A stretch of 64,000 nt of DNA. Origin: the human T2T-CHM13v2.0 reference genome, Homo sapiens. Made by a program: the position numbers and the translations under genes. The stretch's first letter is position 1. Each line of letters begins with the position of its first letter. The notes beneath the pieces were generated by a model, which ran no database searches, was not told where the DNA came from, and saw nothing but the letters and a program-made list of their open reading frames with translations. This document shows, one piece after another, positions 31,223-46,734 of the stretch. The stretch is from the NCBI RefSeq assembly GCF_009914755.1, contig NC_060947.1; one strand, 5' to 3'.

Positions 31223-31809
31223 CACTACAGCATTTTAAGAGTCCTACTACAGTGCTTTTGGTAATTTCTTAAGGATTTTATTTTGCTAAATGTAAAAGAC
31301 TGAATTTCACTACCATAATTTCTGGTTATGGGCATCTTGGAATTAAATTTTGAATTGGCATCTTCTTTTCCTGGTGAACTCTTTTGTATAGTAACTCTAA
31401 GGAGCTGCCCCTGCCAAAGAAACATGTGCCCTTGGAGATAACAGCTACGAAGCCAACCTGTACCTTAGCCTTTGATTGTGAAGGTTTCTTTAGATGTCAG
31501 CCCCCACTTCAAAGAAAATAAAATACATAAAAAATAACATCAGTCATAAAATCAGAGAGGCCTTCAATTCCAGCCAGTTTCAGTTAACTTCGAAACAATT
31601 TCTACATCTACAAAATTATTACATTAGCTTTTGATTTTCATTGCAACAATTCATTATTTGGCAGTACCATCTAGAGACTTCCTTGGGGGTGGGGGTGGGA
31701 CATGTCATTAGGTAAGACTTTGTCAGGTTGGCAATGTTAACTATATAATTTGAATACTCTAGGACCTTAGATTCAAGACAAAACTTTTCATGGAATCTAA
31801 AATTAATTC

Positions 31810-32116
31810 TTTTCTTGTTTTATTTATGTATTTATTTATTTATTAAGCTAGTGTCTCAATCTGTCACCAAGGCTGTAATGCTCACTGCAGCCTCAACCTC
31901 TTGGGCTCAAGTGATCATCCCACCTGTCTCCTGAGTAGCTGAGACTATAGATGCATGCTGCCATGCCTGGCTAATTTTTTTATTTTTTATTTTTTATAGA
32001 GATCGGGGTCTCACTGTGTTGTCAAGGTTGATCTCAAACTCCTGGACTCAAGAAGTCCTCTCTCCTCGGCCTCCCAAAGTGCTGGGATTACAGGTGTGAG
32101 CCACTGTGCCCTGGCC
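31810..32116 (-). mobile_element. AluJ
   Basis: Diverged Alu with small internal deletion. Confidence 0.88.
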
Positions 32117-32379
32117 CCTTATTTTTTTGAAATGAGGTCTGAGTTCCAAATGAAAAAGGTAAAAGAAGATATATGTATAGAATAAACTTTACTTATAATC
32201 AGAAAAAAGTATTCAAAGGGAAGATTAGGTATACAGGACCAGCTTTGAATAACTTTGTGAAGTAACCAGTTACTGCACATTCATTATATGCCAGCAACTA
32301 TGCTAAATTGATGATTTGTATTTGACCTTTTTGTTCTCCTCTCCATTGTTAGAGATACGGCAGTAGTATAGGGCCTTAG

Positions 32380-32985
<606 letters not shown>

Positions 32986-33926
32986 CTTGGAGATAACATA
33001 GCCACAGAGCCAATCTGCACCTTACTTAGCCTTTGATTGTGAAGGTTTCTTTAGACGCCAGTCCTGGTTTCATTTAGAATTAGGTACGTGTTGGGCATAT
33101 TGGTCCTTCTGCTTCCCTCTGAAGTATCTTCTGTGTGCCAGACACCCTGCTAGGTACTGCTGTGATGTAGACAGAATTCTGTTCTTCAGTAGAAAATTAT
33201 TCATTGACTATAGCACGTCTTCAGAGTTATTTGATCCTGCTTGAGTGGAAGCTATTTTGCAATTCTGTAAACTGAAGATAACATAGCAATGCAAAATAAT
33301 CCTTGTCTATAGACAATAACGATTGTCTACAGACAAGCAAATTCAGTTCTGTGAGGTGGGAGGGACAACTCTCTCCCTCAGAACAGTTTTCCTCCCATTT
33401 ACACATTTATTTCAATATTTCTGATCTATAAATGTGTCTGTTCTTGGATTCTCCTTTTGACCAGTTGTAACAGTTACTAGTTTCCTTATTAATGAGTTAA
33501 ATAAAATGTGTTCAACAGGTGTTCATTTTTATATTTGTATGAGAGTCACGATTTTGCCATTTGTTTTGAAAATTGTTTTGTAACAGTGGTGAACTTGACA
33601 AACTGTCCTTCTGGAACTTACATACCAGTGGGGCAAATAGATAATAAAGTAAACAAATAAATACAGATGTATAGCAAAATAAGTATTGATAAGTGCCATG
33701 GAAGAAAACATAGCATGGAAGGAGGATGGGGTGTGGAGTTGGGTGGGGTAAGGTGGGGTTGCCATGAAATGGTGGGGTGGGTGTCAGAGCAAGGTCTTAG
33801 TGAGAAAGTTTTCTACAATCAACATTAGAACACATCCTTGACTTTGGACTATATCAGGGCACTCAAAGTTATGTGAAAGTATAAGCCACATTTATAATCC
33901 TGTTAGTTCTCCTTGTCACCTCATAG

Positions 33927-34266
<340 letters not shown>

Positions 34267-36971
34267 TTTTGTTTTTCCCCTCCTTCTTCTCTTTCAGGGA
34301 AACCCACTTCAATCTCTTCCCCTCCCTTCTGATCTATATTTTACCTTCTTCTAATGCGAACTGGTGTTTGAACTCAGTGAATTTCTCAGTGAGAAGGTAA
34401 CAGTTCAGTTGAGAGATAGGATTATAAACTTTCTGAAACAGAGCTTGGAGTTAGAAAAATTTTAGCTTGTACCAGAAACTTCTAAAAGGTTGGGGTCTCC
34501 ACCAGAATAAACCAATCAATGGGAAAGCATGTGTTGAATTTCTTTTCTGGGTGAAAGGCACTATACTCAGTGCTGTAGGGCATAGAAAAGAGAAAGGTAC
34601 TATAGAAATATTTAACTTAAACTTGACAGGAATTCAGGTTATTTGAAAACAGATAATTAGAGTGATTTCACCACCACTTAAATATTTAGGAGGGCACATG
34701 CAGCTGTCCCTTCTATGCCTGTATAGTTTGGAGAGATAAGAAAAACTTAACAGGTAATTCCTTTTATGTGTCCCCTTGCCCAACAACTTCCAACCCCTCT
34801 AAGTAGTGTTTCAAAACATCTTCTTGAAAATTCCATTCCTAAATCATGATTTCAGAGCTGCAACCTAAGGAAATTGTTTTATGTAATTGCTGAACTTACC
34901 ATCTGGATATTAGACACAGAGTTAATTAAAAAGCCATCCATTTTTTTTCCAATGTATTCACAGGAAAATGATGGAAGCCAGTTTTGTGGAGGTATTTACC
35001 AAATAGCGGCTCATGCATGTATTTTCTGAGCTTGCATGCTCACCACTGGAATACTCTGACACACACTAGGATTTATGGGTGTACGTGCTATGGCTATGGG
35101 CCTGTTTTGACAGTGTATTTGTGACTTTGTCACTGCCTCATTCACCCTCCACCATTTAGATACTGTTGCTATTGCCATATACCTTGAGGATACTACTTTT
35201 AGATCTTTCCCTGAGATAGTGTCAGATCACTGGAGTCAGCTGGTGTTGCAAATTATTAAATGTAGGAAGGCCACCAAATTTTGGTTTTGTTGTTTGACTT
35301 TTTATAGGTGTTAATTTTGTCTCCCAGCTAAATTGTAAGCCCCTTCAAGTTAAGGAATCCCAGGCTTACAAGCAATGCCCCATTAATGTTTGCAAACATA
35401 TGCTATATCTCTTATGGCCATTAGTCCTTTATCTTACACAGCCAAAACTTACTTGTTGGAGAAGTTGTGCAAACACCATGATGGGATTTACGGATTCACA
35501 AGTGAAAGCCGGGGAAGAGATAGTGGAGAGGGAAAGACAGGTCTAAGGTTTGGATAACCCCATCAAAATGCAAATGTGTAATCTGGTAGGGGTAGTGCAT
35601 TAAATCATTGCTAACCATCAACATACTTGCTAGATAAATTGACCAAGTGAATTTGATCGAGTTTCTATATGAGAATGTGAAGGAGGGAGCAAGTTTTGAC
35701 TTGGATAGGGAGGATGTCGTGGAACACGAAATATGTTAAGGGGGTGGCAGGGAGAAGGCAAGCTCATGCTAGGAGGCTTCAACATGCATTTATTCAAGAA
35801 GTATTTATTAGCTCTGTGACTACATAGGGTGGAGGAGTAGAATGATAAGAGGAGATGCGAATGCAGATGGCGTGAAAGAGAAAACAGACAACCTCCTTCA
35901 CAATTTTGTCAAAGGCTAGCCCTTTCCAAAGGTTATTTTTTTCTGTAAACATCTTATCTCTTCTTTGTTAGTTTGTTTTAGACCATATTGGGCTTCTCTT
36001 ATCTTCTTGTTCCTTATCTGTTTTTGATTCTTTTGCTTGTTCATTGACAAGCAGGGCTGAGAGCAGCCTGTGAGATCCCTGGCTTCCTGGAAACTTTTCT
36101 CTGCAGTCACGGAAGACATTTGCTTTGCCCTCTAAGCTGCCTTGGCTGGGCTCTGGGGATTTACATAAACAGATTATTTGAGGCAGAAAATGAAGCCCAT
36201 CTCATCATGTTTTGGTGTTGCCTACAGACTGGGTTGATGAAGGGGTTAACTTCTTTTCCTGCCAAGGTCATCAAGAAGAAAACCATCCTCGGAGACTTGC
36301 TAACATTAACCTGAGGACTAAAGATTAGGGTTGTGGAGGGACCTTTGAGCTACAACGCTTTCACAGTCAAACTGCACTGAATCAGAAAAAAAAATTAAAA
36401 TAAGGAGCAAGGCCACTTAAAGGGAAAAGCTCAAATTTTACATTTTTTAAGAAGAAATGCATCTTCGTTCCTTTTAGGACTAGTACAAACTCTCACAGAA
36501 CGTGTCTGATTGCAATAAGACAGTATTTGGAAGGTGGCACAGTATCAGAAAGGTCACATATAGGCTTTGGTGATGAAAGACATGTTTAAAACCTGGTGCA
36601 CACTTAATAGCTATGTGGCCTTGATCAAAGACACATAACTGCTATTGCCTTAGTTTCCCAATCTCAAAAATAGATATTCCCATGTCTATCTTGCAGGATT
36701 TTTAGAATTAGAGATAACACTGAGAAAGCACTAGCACAGTGCTCTCACAAACTAGGTCCCCAGTCAGTGGTAGGCAATAATAATACAATATTAATGATGT
36801 GAGAATAGTCCAGGTTCTTTACCCTCTCAGAGATGGGCTAGAAAAGCTGGGATAGAGGAAGAGGGTGCCCTGTTCCTCTGCAAGGGTTACATGATTTTCA
36901 GAGAGGTAGGAGAGATTCTGTCAAGCCAGAGAAATAATAAAACAAAAATGTTTTAGATAAATGGGAAGAGT

Positions 36972-37322
<351 letters not shown>

Positions 37323-37689
37323 CTAAATACTGAAATTTATGGGAAGTTCAACTGTGGGACAAGTACTTATAATTAGTAACATTAATTTTCTCATAGACTC
37401 TAAATATGCTGAGGAACTTATAGATTGTTCTGTTAAATTGATTAATTCTGCCTCTTGTTTACACTGATGAGAAGAAATGCTTTGCTAGACCCAGAAAATC
37501 AACACTGGTCTGAATAATCACAAGTTCTGAATTAATGGGTTTGTGACACAGCCAGGTAAAGCTATGCTTGATTTTCCTTTATTCAAAATCTCCTGCTTCA
37601 CGACATATTCTTCTTTAAATTGAGGCAATTCCTATTTAGGCTTCTATTATCAGCAAGTGGCCCATGGGCATTTTTTAAAGTTTTTTTTT

Positions 37690-38880
<1,191 letters not shown>

Positions 38881-38920
38881 ACCTTTTAGATATGTTACTT
38901 TTTTCTCTTCTTTTTTTCAC

Positions 38921-39029
38921 GTCAGATAGGTAATGTGCCTACCTTCTACTCCTAACAAGGTTTGAGGGAGGCACATCTCACATATATGTGTGAAAAACCA
39001 ATCATCGCACTCATGAACCACAAAAGGAT
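38921..39029 (-). pseudogene. U13 (SNORD13-like) C/D snoRNA retropseudogene
   Basis: Minus strand atccttttgtggttcatgagtgcgatgattgg...gtgagatgtgcctccctcaaaccttgtta...ggcacattacctatctgac matches U13 end to end; A-rich tail at 38899-38917. Confidence 0.9.
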
Positions 39030-39485
39030 TTAGTCAGTTCCAGCAATGGAGCAGTGTAAATTATTCTCAACAAGAAAAATGAAACAAATTTTTAAAATTA
39101 GAAACAAACTTGAAGATACATTTTCTAGGAACTATGGAGAGTAAAGTATATATCCTAAGCGAAGAGGAAGAAACAGAGAAAAATAAAAGAACCAGAAAGC
39201 TTCAGGGAGATGAAGAGACCATAAGAGATGCTATTCCTTTAGTTGGGATAACTAGGCTGCCATGGCTATATGGTGTTTGACTAACTGAGTGTTGGGCGAG
39301 GGGTGTGGGACAAGACTGTAAATTGAGGATAAAAGAAAATCAGGAAGAACTATTAAGTCGAAGTGATAACAGATATAAAGATTAGCATTCTAATGAAACA
39401 TTGGTATTTGGTTAGAGTAAGATATGTTGTGCAAATAAAATTGCATCCTGGAGTTCACTTGTTTGGCATTTGTGTGGCATTTTCA

Positions 39486-39783
39486 GGCCAGGCGTGGTAG
39501 CTCATGCCTGTAATCCCAGCACTTTGGGAAGCCGAGGCGGGCAGATCACCTGAGGTAGGACGTTCGAGACCAGCCTGGCCAAGATGGTGAAACCCTGTCT
39601 TTACTAAAAATACGATAATTAGTTGGGCATGGTGGTGCATGGCTGTAATCCTAGCTACTACTCTGGAGGCTGAGGCAGGAGAATCGCTTGGACCCAGGAG
39701 GTGGAGGTTGTGGTGAACCGAGATCATGCCACTGCTCTCCAGCTTGGGCGACATAGCGAAACTCTGTCTCAAAAAAAAAAAAA
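39486..39783 (+). mobile_element. AluS
   Basis: Full Alu. Confidence 0.93.
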
Positions 39784-39923
39784 GTGTTTTCAGATTTCGT
39801 TATTATTTAAGTTTATTATATGCTTTTGATATGAACAAGGTAAAAGAAAGATAATATCTCTACTTCAATGAAACAAGTCTTAGCTTATGTCTTATAGATC
39901 AAACCTTGAGGGCTGTGGCATAC

Positions 39924-39943
39924 AACTGCCATCTGGTGACAGT
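39924..39943 (-). promoter_or_regulatory. Candidate CTCF binding site
   Basis: Minus strand actgtcaccagatggcagtt closely matches the CTCF core CCACCAG(A/G)(G/T)GGC(A/G). Confidence 0.55.
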
Positions 39944-40076
39944 ATGTTCGCATAGCAGCGTTAGGTATTTAATACATTAAAAAAAAAACCTACTTGTGGG
40001 CAGACTTTGCAAAACTAAAGTCATGATATAATAGTTAAGGGTCCCAGGGGTCTAAATTAATAAGATGTTTTATTTA

Positions 40077-40554
<478 letters not shown>

Positions 40555-41179
40555 TTACATTTGAATATACTGTAAACGTACACGGCTGAGAAAGTGATTA
40601 AATTTTTAAAAAAGAATTGCATCTGAGAGGAGACATTTTGTAAGCTGTGAGTCTCTCATTTTAAAGTTTATAGTCATTTCAACAAAATCAAGCATCCTTT
40701 TTTCCATTGTGTAGTTCAATCTTTTTCTTTTTTCTTTTCTTTCTTTCTTTCTTTTTTTTTTTTTTTTTTTGGCCTGGCCATTTTCTCTCAAAAGATCAAC
40801 CATTTTCTATGTCATGTAAAGGTTCTTAATGCTTTTAGAATTTATTTTACTTGAAGAAATAAGTTCGATAAGTCAAACCCCAAGATGATTTCAGGAGTAA
40901 TAGACTTTCTTTTGAAAATAGGTATAATACTGGTTGCACAAATGTAAATGATCTGCTCCAATCATCTAAAGTCTGTAAGTTTGGTAGGGACAGACGACCC
41001 AATCTCCGGCTGTCTTCTCTTTTGAGTCCAATTGTGAAAGCTTGTCTTTTACTAGTCTCATTTTAATTAGCTGATAACGAGAAACAATGATGAAGTGGCC
41101 CGAGGGAAAGCTCCGAGCTATCCAACTGAACATCACAAGACTGGCTCTAGAGTCTAAGAAAAGCTAAAGTATTGCTTAG

Positions 41180-41503
41180 TTTTTTTTTATTTTTATTTTT
41201 TAACTTTCTTTTCTTTTTGTTTTTGTTTTTTTCTTTGAGACAGAGTCTTGCTCTGTCGCCGAGACTGGTGTCTAGTGGCGCAATCTCGGCTCACTGCAAC
41301 TTCTGCCTCCCAGGTTTGAGATTCTCTTGCTTCAGCCTCCTGAGTAGCTGGGATTACTGGCATGCACCACCATGCCTGCCTAATTTTTGCATTTTTAGTA
41401 AAGACAGGGTTTCACCATGTTGGCCAGGCTGGTTTCGAACTCCTGACCTTAGGTGATCTGCCCACCTCGGCCTCTCAAAGTGCTGGGATTATAGGCGTGA
41501 GCC
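41180..41503 (-). mobile_element. AluS
   Basis: Alu; TSD tattgcttagtttt. Confidence 0.92.
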
Positions 41504-42384
41504 TATATTGCTTAGTTTTAAAGTAAAAAAAAGAAAATAACTCGGGGACAATTAGAGTTAGGAAGAAAGGAGAGTCTTAAATACCTTCCTAATTACACTG
41601 GTCTGGGAAGTTTGCTTAAGAAATTTTATAATTTTATAAATTATAATGGAATGCCATTTTCCTGAGGAAAACAGTCTATTTTGTTGAAATACCTTAGTTG
41701 AATTTGTAAGTGACTTTTAAATCTTCTTGTAGCTCCCTTTGTGAGCAATTACCTACCTATTTCTTTGGTTCATAGTAAGGAGTTACAGGCAAGAGAGGAA
41801 GGTATGGTGTCGGGGGAAGATTTATTCAGGCATCCACAGGAAACTCCTTGGGACATTTCCCTGAATCTTACCTCCATTATAAGCGATCAAGGCTTATTAT
41901 GAGCCTTAATTGATACTTTACACATTTATCCAGTACTAGGCCTCTAACATCTTTAGTGTTAGCTTGAATAAAGTGAGTAAATAGTCAACAGTCTTAAAAA
42001 TAGACTGATGTCTGCTTTTATCCATCTGTTTTTTACCCATCTGAAGCAAGTAGTTTGATGATAATGTTCCCCAATAATCAGTAGTTGGGAGTCAAATGGA
42101 CACCTTGCTATCCATAATTTTAGTATGTCTTCACAGTAATGTCTGGATATCCTCTATTTTCTGCTGCTATAGACACCACACAAGTGTAGCTCTTAGTATA
42201 AAAATTGCAACAATTAAGTGGTTTTCTGTGCCCCCACTTCTGTCGCATCTGGCCCATCTGGTATGGAGGTAAGTTAAATCCATTTTTGCCGACATCATTT
42301 TCTCTTACCCAAGTTCTTAGAATGTTTACAATTTATGTAATATAGCAAATCCAAATTCACTGTTCTGAGGTTCATTCATGTTGA

Positions 42385-42715
42385 TCTCTTGTGGCACTAG
42401 TTTTTGGATTCCTGAGCCACCATGTAAGAATACACTTACCCTACTAAAGGGATCACATAAAGAGAAGGAGAGTTTTAGTTGAGACCAGTCTTTAAAGCCA
42501 TCCCCTACAAGAGACCGGGTATGTGAGTGAATTTGTCTTGGACCCTGCAGACCAGCTCAGCTGCTGAGTACCATTGAGTAACTTCAAGAGAAGGGCAGAG
42601 GAATTGGCCAACTGATCCCTGCCTGGATTTCTTACCCACAAAATTATGAGACATAATACTTTTTTTTGGTTTTAAGTTTTAGGGATGGTTTGTTACATTG
42701 CAATAGATAAAATAA
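42385..42715 (+). mobile_element. MLT1 (G/H-like) MaLR LTR fragment
   Basis: cctgagccaccatgtaaga...acccacaaaattatgaga...gtttgttacattgcaatagataa. Confidence 0.65.
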
Positions 42716-44542
42716 AACCTAGCTAGCTTTCTACTCTTCCTTCAAGAGTTAGTTTAGGCTTCGTATCTAGGAAACATTTTCAGTTTTCCTTTTTAAGTGC
42801 CCTTCCCAGTTTGGATTAGGTGCACATTTTCTTTGTTCCCATGTCATATGAGTACTTCTTACACTGTATTCTATATTTCTAAGTTTATGCTATATGCTCC
42901 ACTAAACTGTGGGCTTTTTTAGGGTATGTCTTATTCCCCTTTGTGAGAGGAACTTACCCCAGGACTTAGCACATAGTGGCTATTCAAAATAATAACTAAA
43001 TCATAGAATCTCAGGGTTGGAAGGACTTTGGATGTCATTTTAAATAATTTGATCTACCAAATGTTTGTTCCTTCAGCCTGTGTGAGAAGTCCCTCTCATG
43101 ATGAGAACTTATTACTTCTGGAGGCGGCTTATCTTTAAACAGCTCAGACTATGAGCACATGCTTGTCAGCTTAACACTCTCCCTCTCCAATAATTTTTTT
43201 CATTCCAGTTCATCTCAAGGCTCATATACTTGTTAATATGTTCATTTGTGTTCACTTACCATAAGCTTTTTAGTGTTTATACCATGTGTACCTAACTGCA
43301 TTATAAGCTTCAAATAAGGTAGCTATCTTAGACATATTTTCTTTTCCCTGCTGGAATGTGCTCCACCCAGAAGTAACAATTTCTGCTCTTAGCTGATAGA
43401 CCAGTAGAATGAACTGGGTAAGAAAAAGAAAATCACAAAAAAGAAAAACAAAAAATAAGAATGAACTGACTGAGTATGGGCTCTGGAGTCAGACATCTTG
43501 GGTTCAAATCTTGACACTCTCACATACTACTGATTATGTGAAAAAAGATAAGTTGCTTGATCCAAATAAGTCTGTTTTCCCATGTGAAACAAAACAGAGA
43601 GGGTGACTTCCTTGTACATGCATTTACATAGCACTTTATGTATATAGTATTATTTATATAGTACTTAGCCCAGAACCGAAAACATATAAAATGCTTAATG
43701 TGTGAATCTAATAATTACTATAGGTACACATTTCATAGGTTTATTCATTTAAAGGAAGAAAAAAAGAAAAAAAAAAAGAAACACAGTGTCAGTTGACTAA
43801 ATTAAGCATTCTTTCTCATATTGAGCATTGGATAACTGCCTGGTTTTATTTTGTCTTTCTTATCTGCTTCCCTCACCTATGCCTGGCTCCTTTCTCTATA
43901 AAACTTTACTATGGTGGCATTCCATTTTTTAAAGCTTATCTGCTTTTGCCTTTTCTTTTTAAAAAACTTTTACTCCTAACCTTGAAAGAGAGATGGAAGA
44001 TTTGAATGTGCAAATAACCTCATCTGTACACAAGATGATAGATGCTTTTGTCATAACCTTAGATAATCACAAAACCATTTGGATTAAAGCCTATGTTTCA
44101 CTTGCAAAAAAAGTAAGGCATTGTATAGACAAATTCATCACCTAATTTCACTGGTAAAAATGTCCAAGTTCATACCATAAAGAATTAAGATATTATTCTA
44201 CTATGGTTTCAGCCTAGCTCTGTGACTCTTCCATGTCTCAGCTTTCTCTACCATAAAACAGTTAATCATAATTTAGAGTCTAAAAAGAAGAAAATAAGAA
44301 GAAATAAAATAAAATAAAACAGTTAAAATAGTAATTTCCTATTTACCTCTTAGGATTGCTGTGAATATCAATGTAATGAGGTTCTTGAGGGTAGGTATTA
44401 GGGTGGGGGAATGATTCCTTTCCACTTCAGATGTTTCCTACCAGGTGGAAGGACATCCATTTGTGTAACACTTCTGGCACTGATTTGTTCCATACTCATT
44501 CTTAACTGAGGATGGGTGAAGAGCACATATTTGTTTTGCAAC

Positions 44543-44705
44543 TTTGTTTTTTGTTTGTTTGTTTCTTTTTAGAGATGGAGTCTTGGGGTGGTGGTGGGGT
44601 CTCAATATGTTGCCCTGGTTAGTCTCGAACTCCTGGTCTCAAGCAATCCTCTCGCCTCAGCCTCCCAAGTAGCTGGGATTAGAGGCGGAAGCAACTGTGC
44701 CTGGC
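44543..44705 (-). mobile_element. FLAM/AluJ monomer
   Basis: Left-arm Alu; TSD caactttg. Confidence 0.82.
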
Positions 44706-45228
44706 TGATTGACAACTTTGAATGGAGAAATTAAGCAAGCCTAGTGCAGTCCCTTCCTTTGCTCTGCTTCCTTGGGAGTAGCTGCCTGCAGGGAGCATAT
44801 ATTCTCCTTTGTTCTCCAGGGCTGGCTCTGTTTTCCAGGTCTAATTCTGTTGAGTGGTTAAGTCTGTAAATCTCAGGGTCTGATTATAAAGTCCATGTGG
44901 ACTTAGATGCACCATATTCTTCAATACTAGTTTTAGGAGCAATGACGTTGGTATTTTGGTATCTGTCTACCTTACTACCATATGCTACATTTCAATTTGT
45001 TTCAGGACTTGAACAGGAAAGGGACTTTTTATCTATTGGGCTGCCTTAAAGACCCCTAAACCAAGGGACTAGGTTTTAATAATTTTTATAGTTTTAGCAC
45101 CTACTGCAGGGTGTGGCACATAGCAGGTACTCAAAAATGCCTTCTTGGTGAAGCCCTTTTGAATAATGTGAAGTGCTGTTAAATGCATGATAATATTTGT
45201 TATTTATTTATTAAGGAAGAGAAAGCTG

Positions 45229-45557
<329 letters not shown>

Positions 45558-46734
45558 TTATCTCAGTTTTCTGGGGGACTCTAATACCACAATATAGTTG
45601 ATGCCCCCAGGAAATTTGAATAACCACACACAATGTTCCAAAAGTTTTATAAAGTAGCATGGAGAGCTCTCTCCTCCTGCATATATTACAAACTGGAAAA
45701 CTCAACTATAAGGCAGTAATACAATTTACTTAGGCACTCACAGCAAGTTAATAGTAATGGTTGGAGTAGAATAACAACTTCAGACCTTTATTAAGTAGTC
45801 TAGGTTCTTATTTTAATATCTGATGAATTACACTGAGACTGCATCTGTAAGATTCCAAATCACTAAATGTAAATGCCAGACTTGTTCCTCCATTCAGAGG
45901 ATCAGAAATAGTTGGATATGTTCTAGAATCTTTGGATCACAAACAAAGCCATTGAGGTAGTTTGTATGGAGGAAGTAAGAGACTATCACAATAAAAAAAG
46001 AGATGTAAAGTTATCAGAAGAGTAATTTCCAGTTAACTGCACATTTATAGAGACAGCAACAGATGTGTGACAGCTGGGTTAATTGAATGTCTGGTGGACC
46101 TTTTTCTACATAAGATAATCCTGTGTGCATATTATGGCGAAGAAAGCAGATGTGACCAGTCAGTTGTCTAATGAAGATAATAAATGTCACCTGGAGAGTA
46201 TACTGATCTACTAAACTTAATGGTTTGTTTTTCTTAGCTTGCAAGATAATCTGGCAATTAATTTTTGATGGTGTGGTGAATAAATTTTACATCTAAAGCA
46301 CACATACTATTAAAAAAATTATGTGACAGAATTTGCTATAGCATTTCCTATTTTTAGCTTTTATTTGAAAGTTTTCCAAAACGTATGTTGCCATGAATTT
46401 CTAAAGCCATAACCCCATCTCAACACCACTATGTATATATGCAAATGGAACTGAAGTCAGTGAGTTTGATAATTCTGCTGACTTGGGCTGCTAGAACATT
46501 AGCTAAGTCTTGATGTGTAAGAAAGAACACTGGTCTGTCAGCCAGGACACCAGAGATCTAGTCAGTGGCTGTGTCACTCAATAATTTAGGGACTTGGATA
46601 TTTACCCTTGACTCAGAAGTCTTAGGGAAATAAAAAGAAAAAAGAAAACGAATATTTACCTCTCTGGATTTCACCCAATCTCATGTATCTAAAATTAGAT
46701 GACTGGGCTAGATTGTACTAATTCCTTTTTGCGG

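Noticed and set aside
40722-40770. Orphan T-rich run as a possible retrocopy tail
   Set aside because: No well-placed poly(A) signal, TSD or recognisable transcript beside it
41086-41130. ATGATGA...CTGA pair resembling a C/D snoRNA
   Set aside because: Only ~45 nt, with no terminal stem or C'/D' boxes
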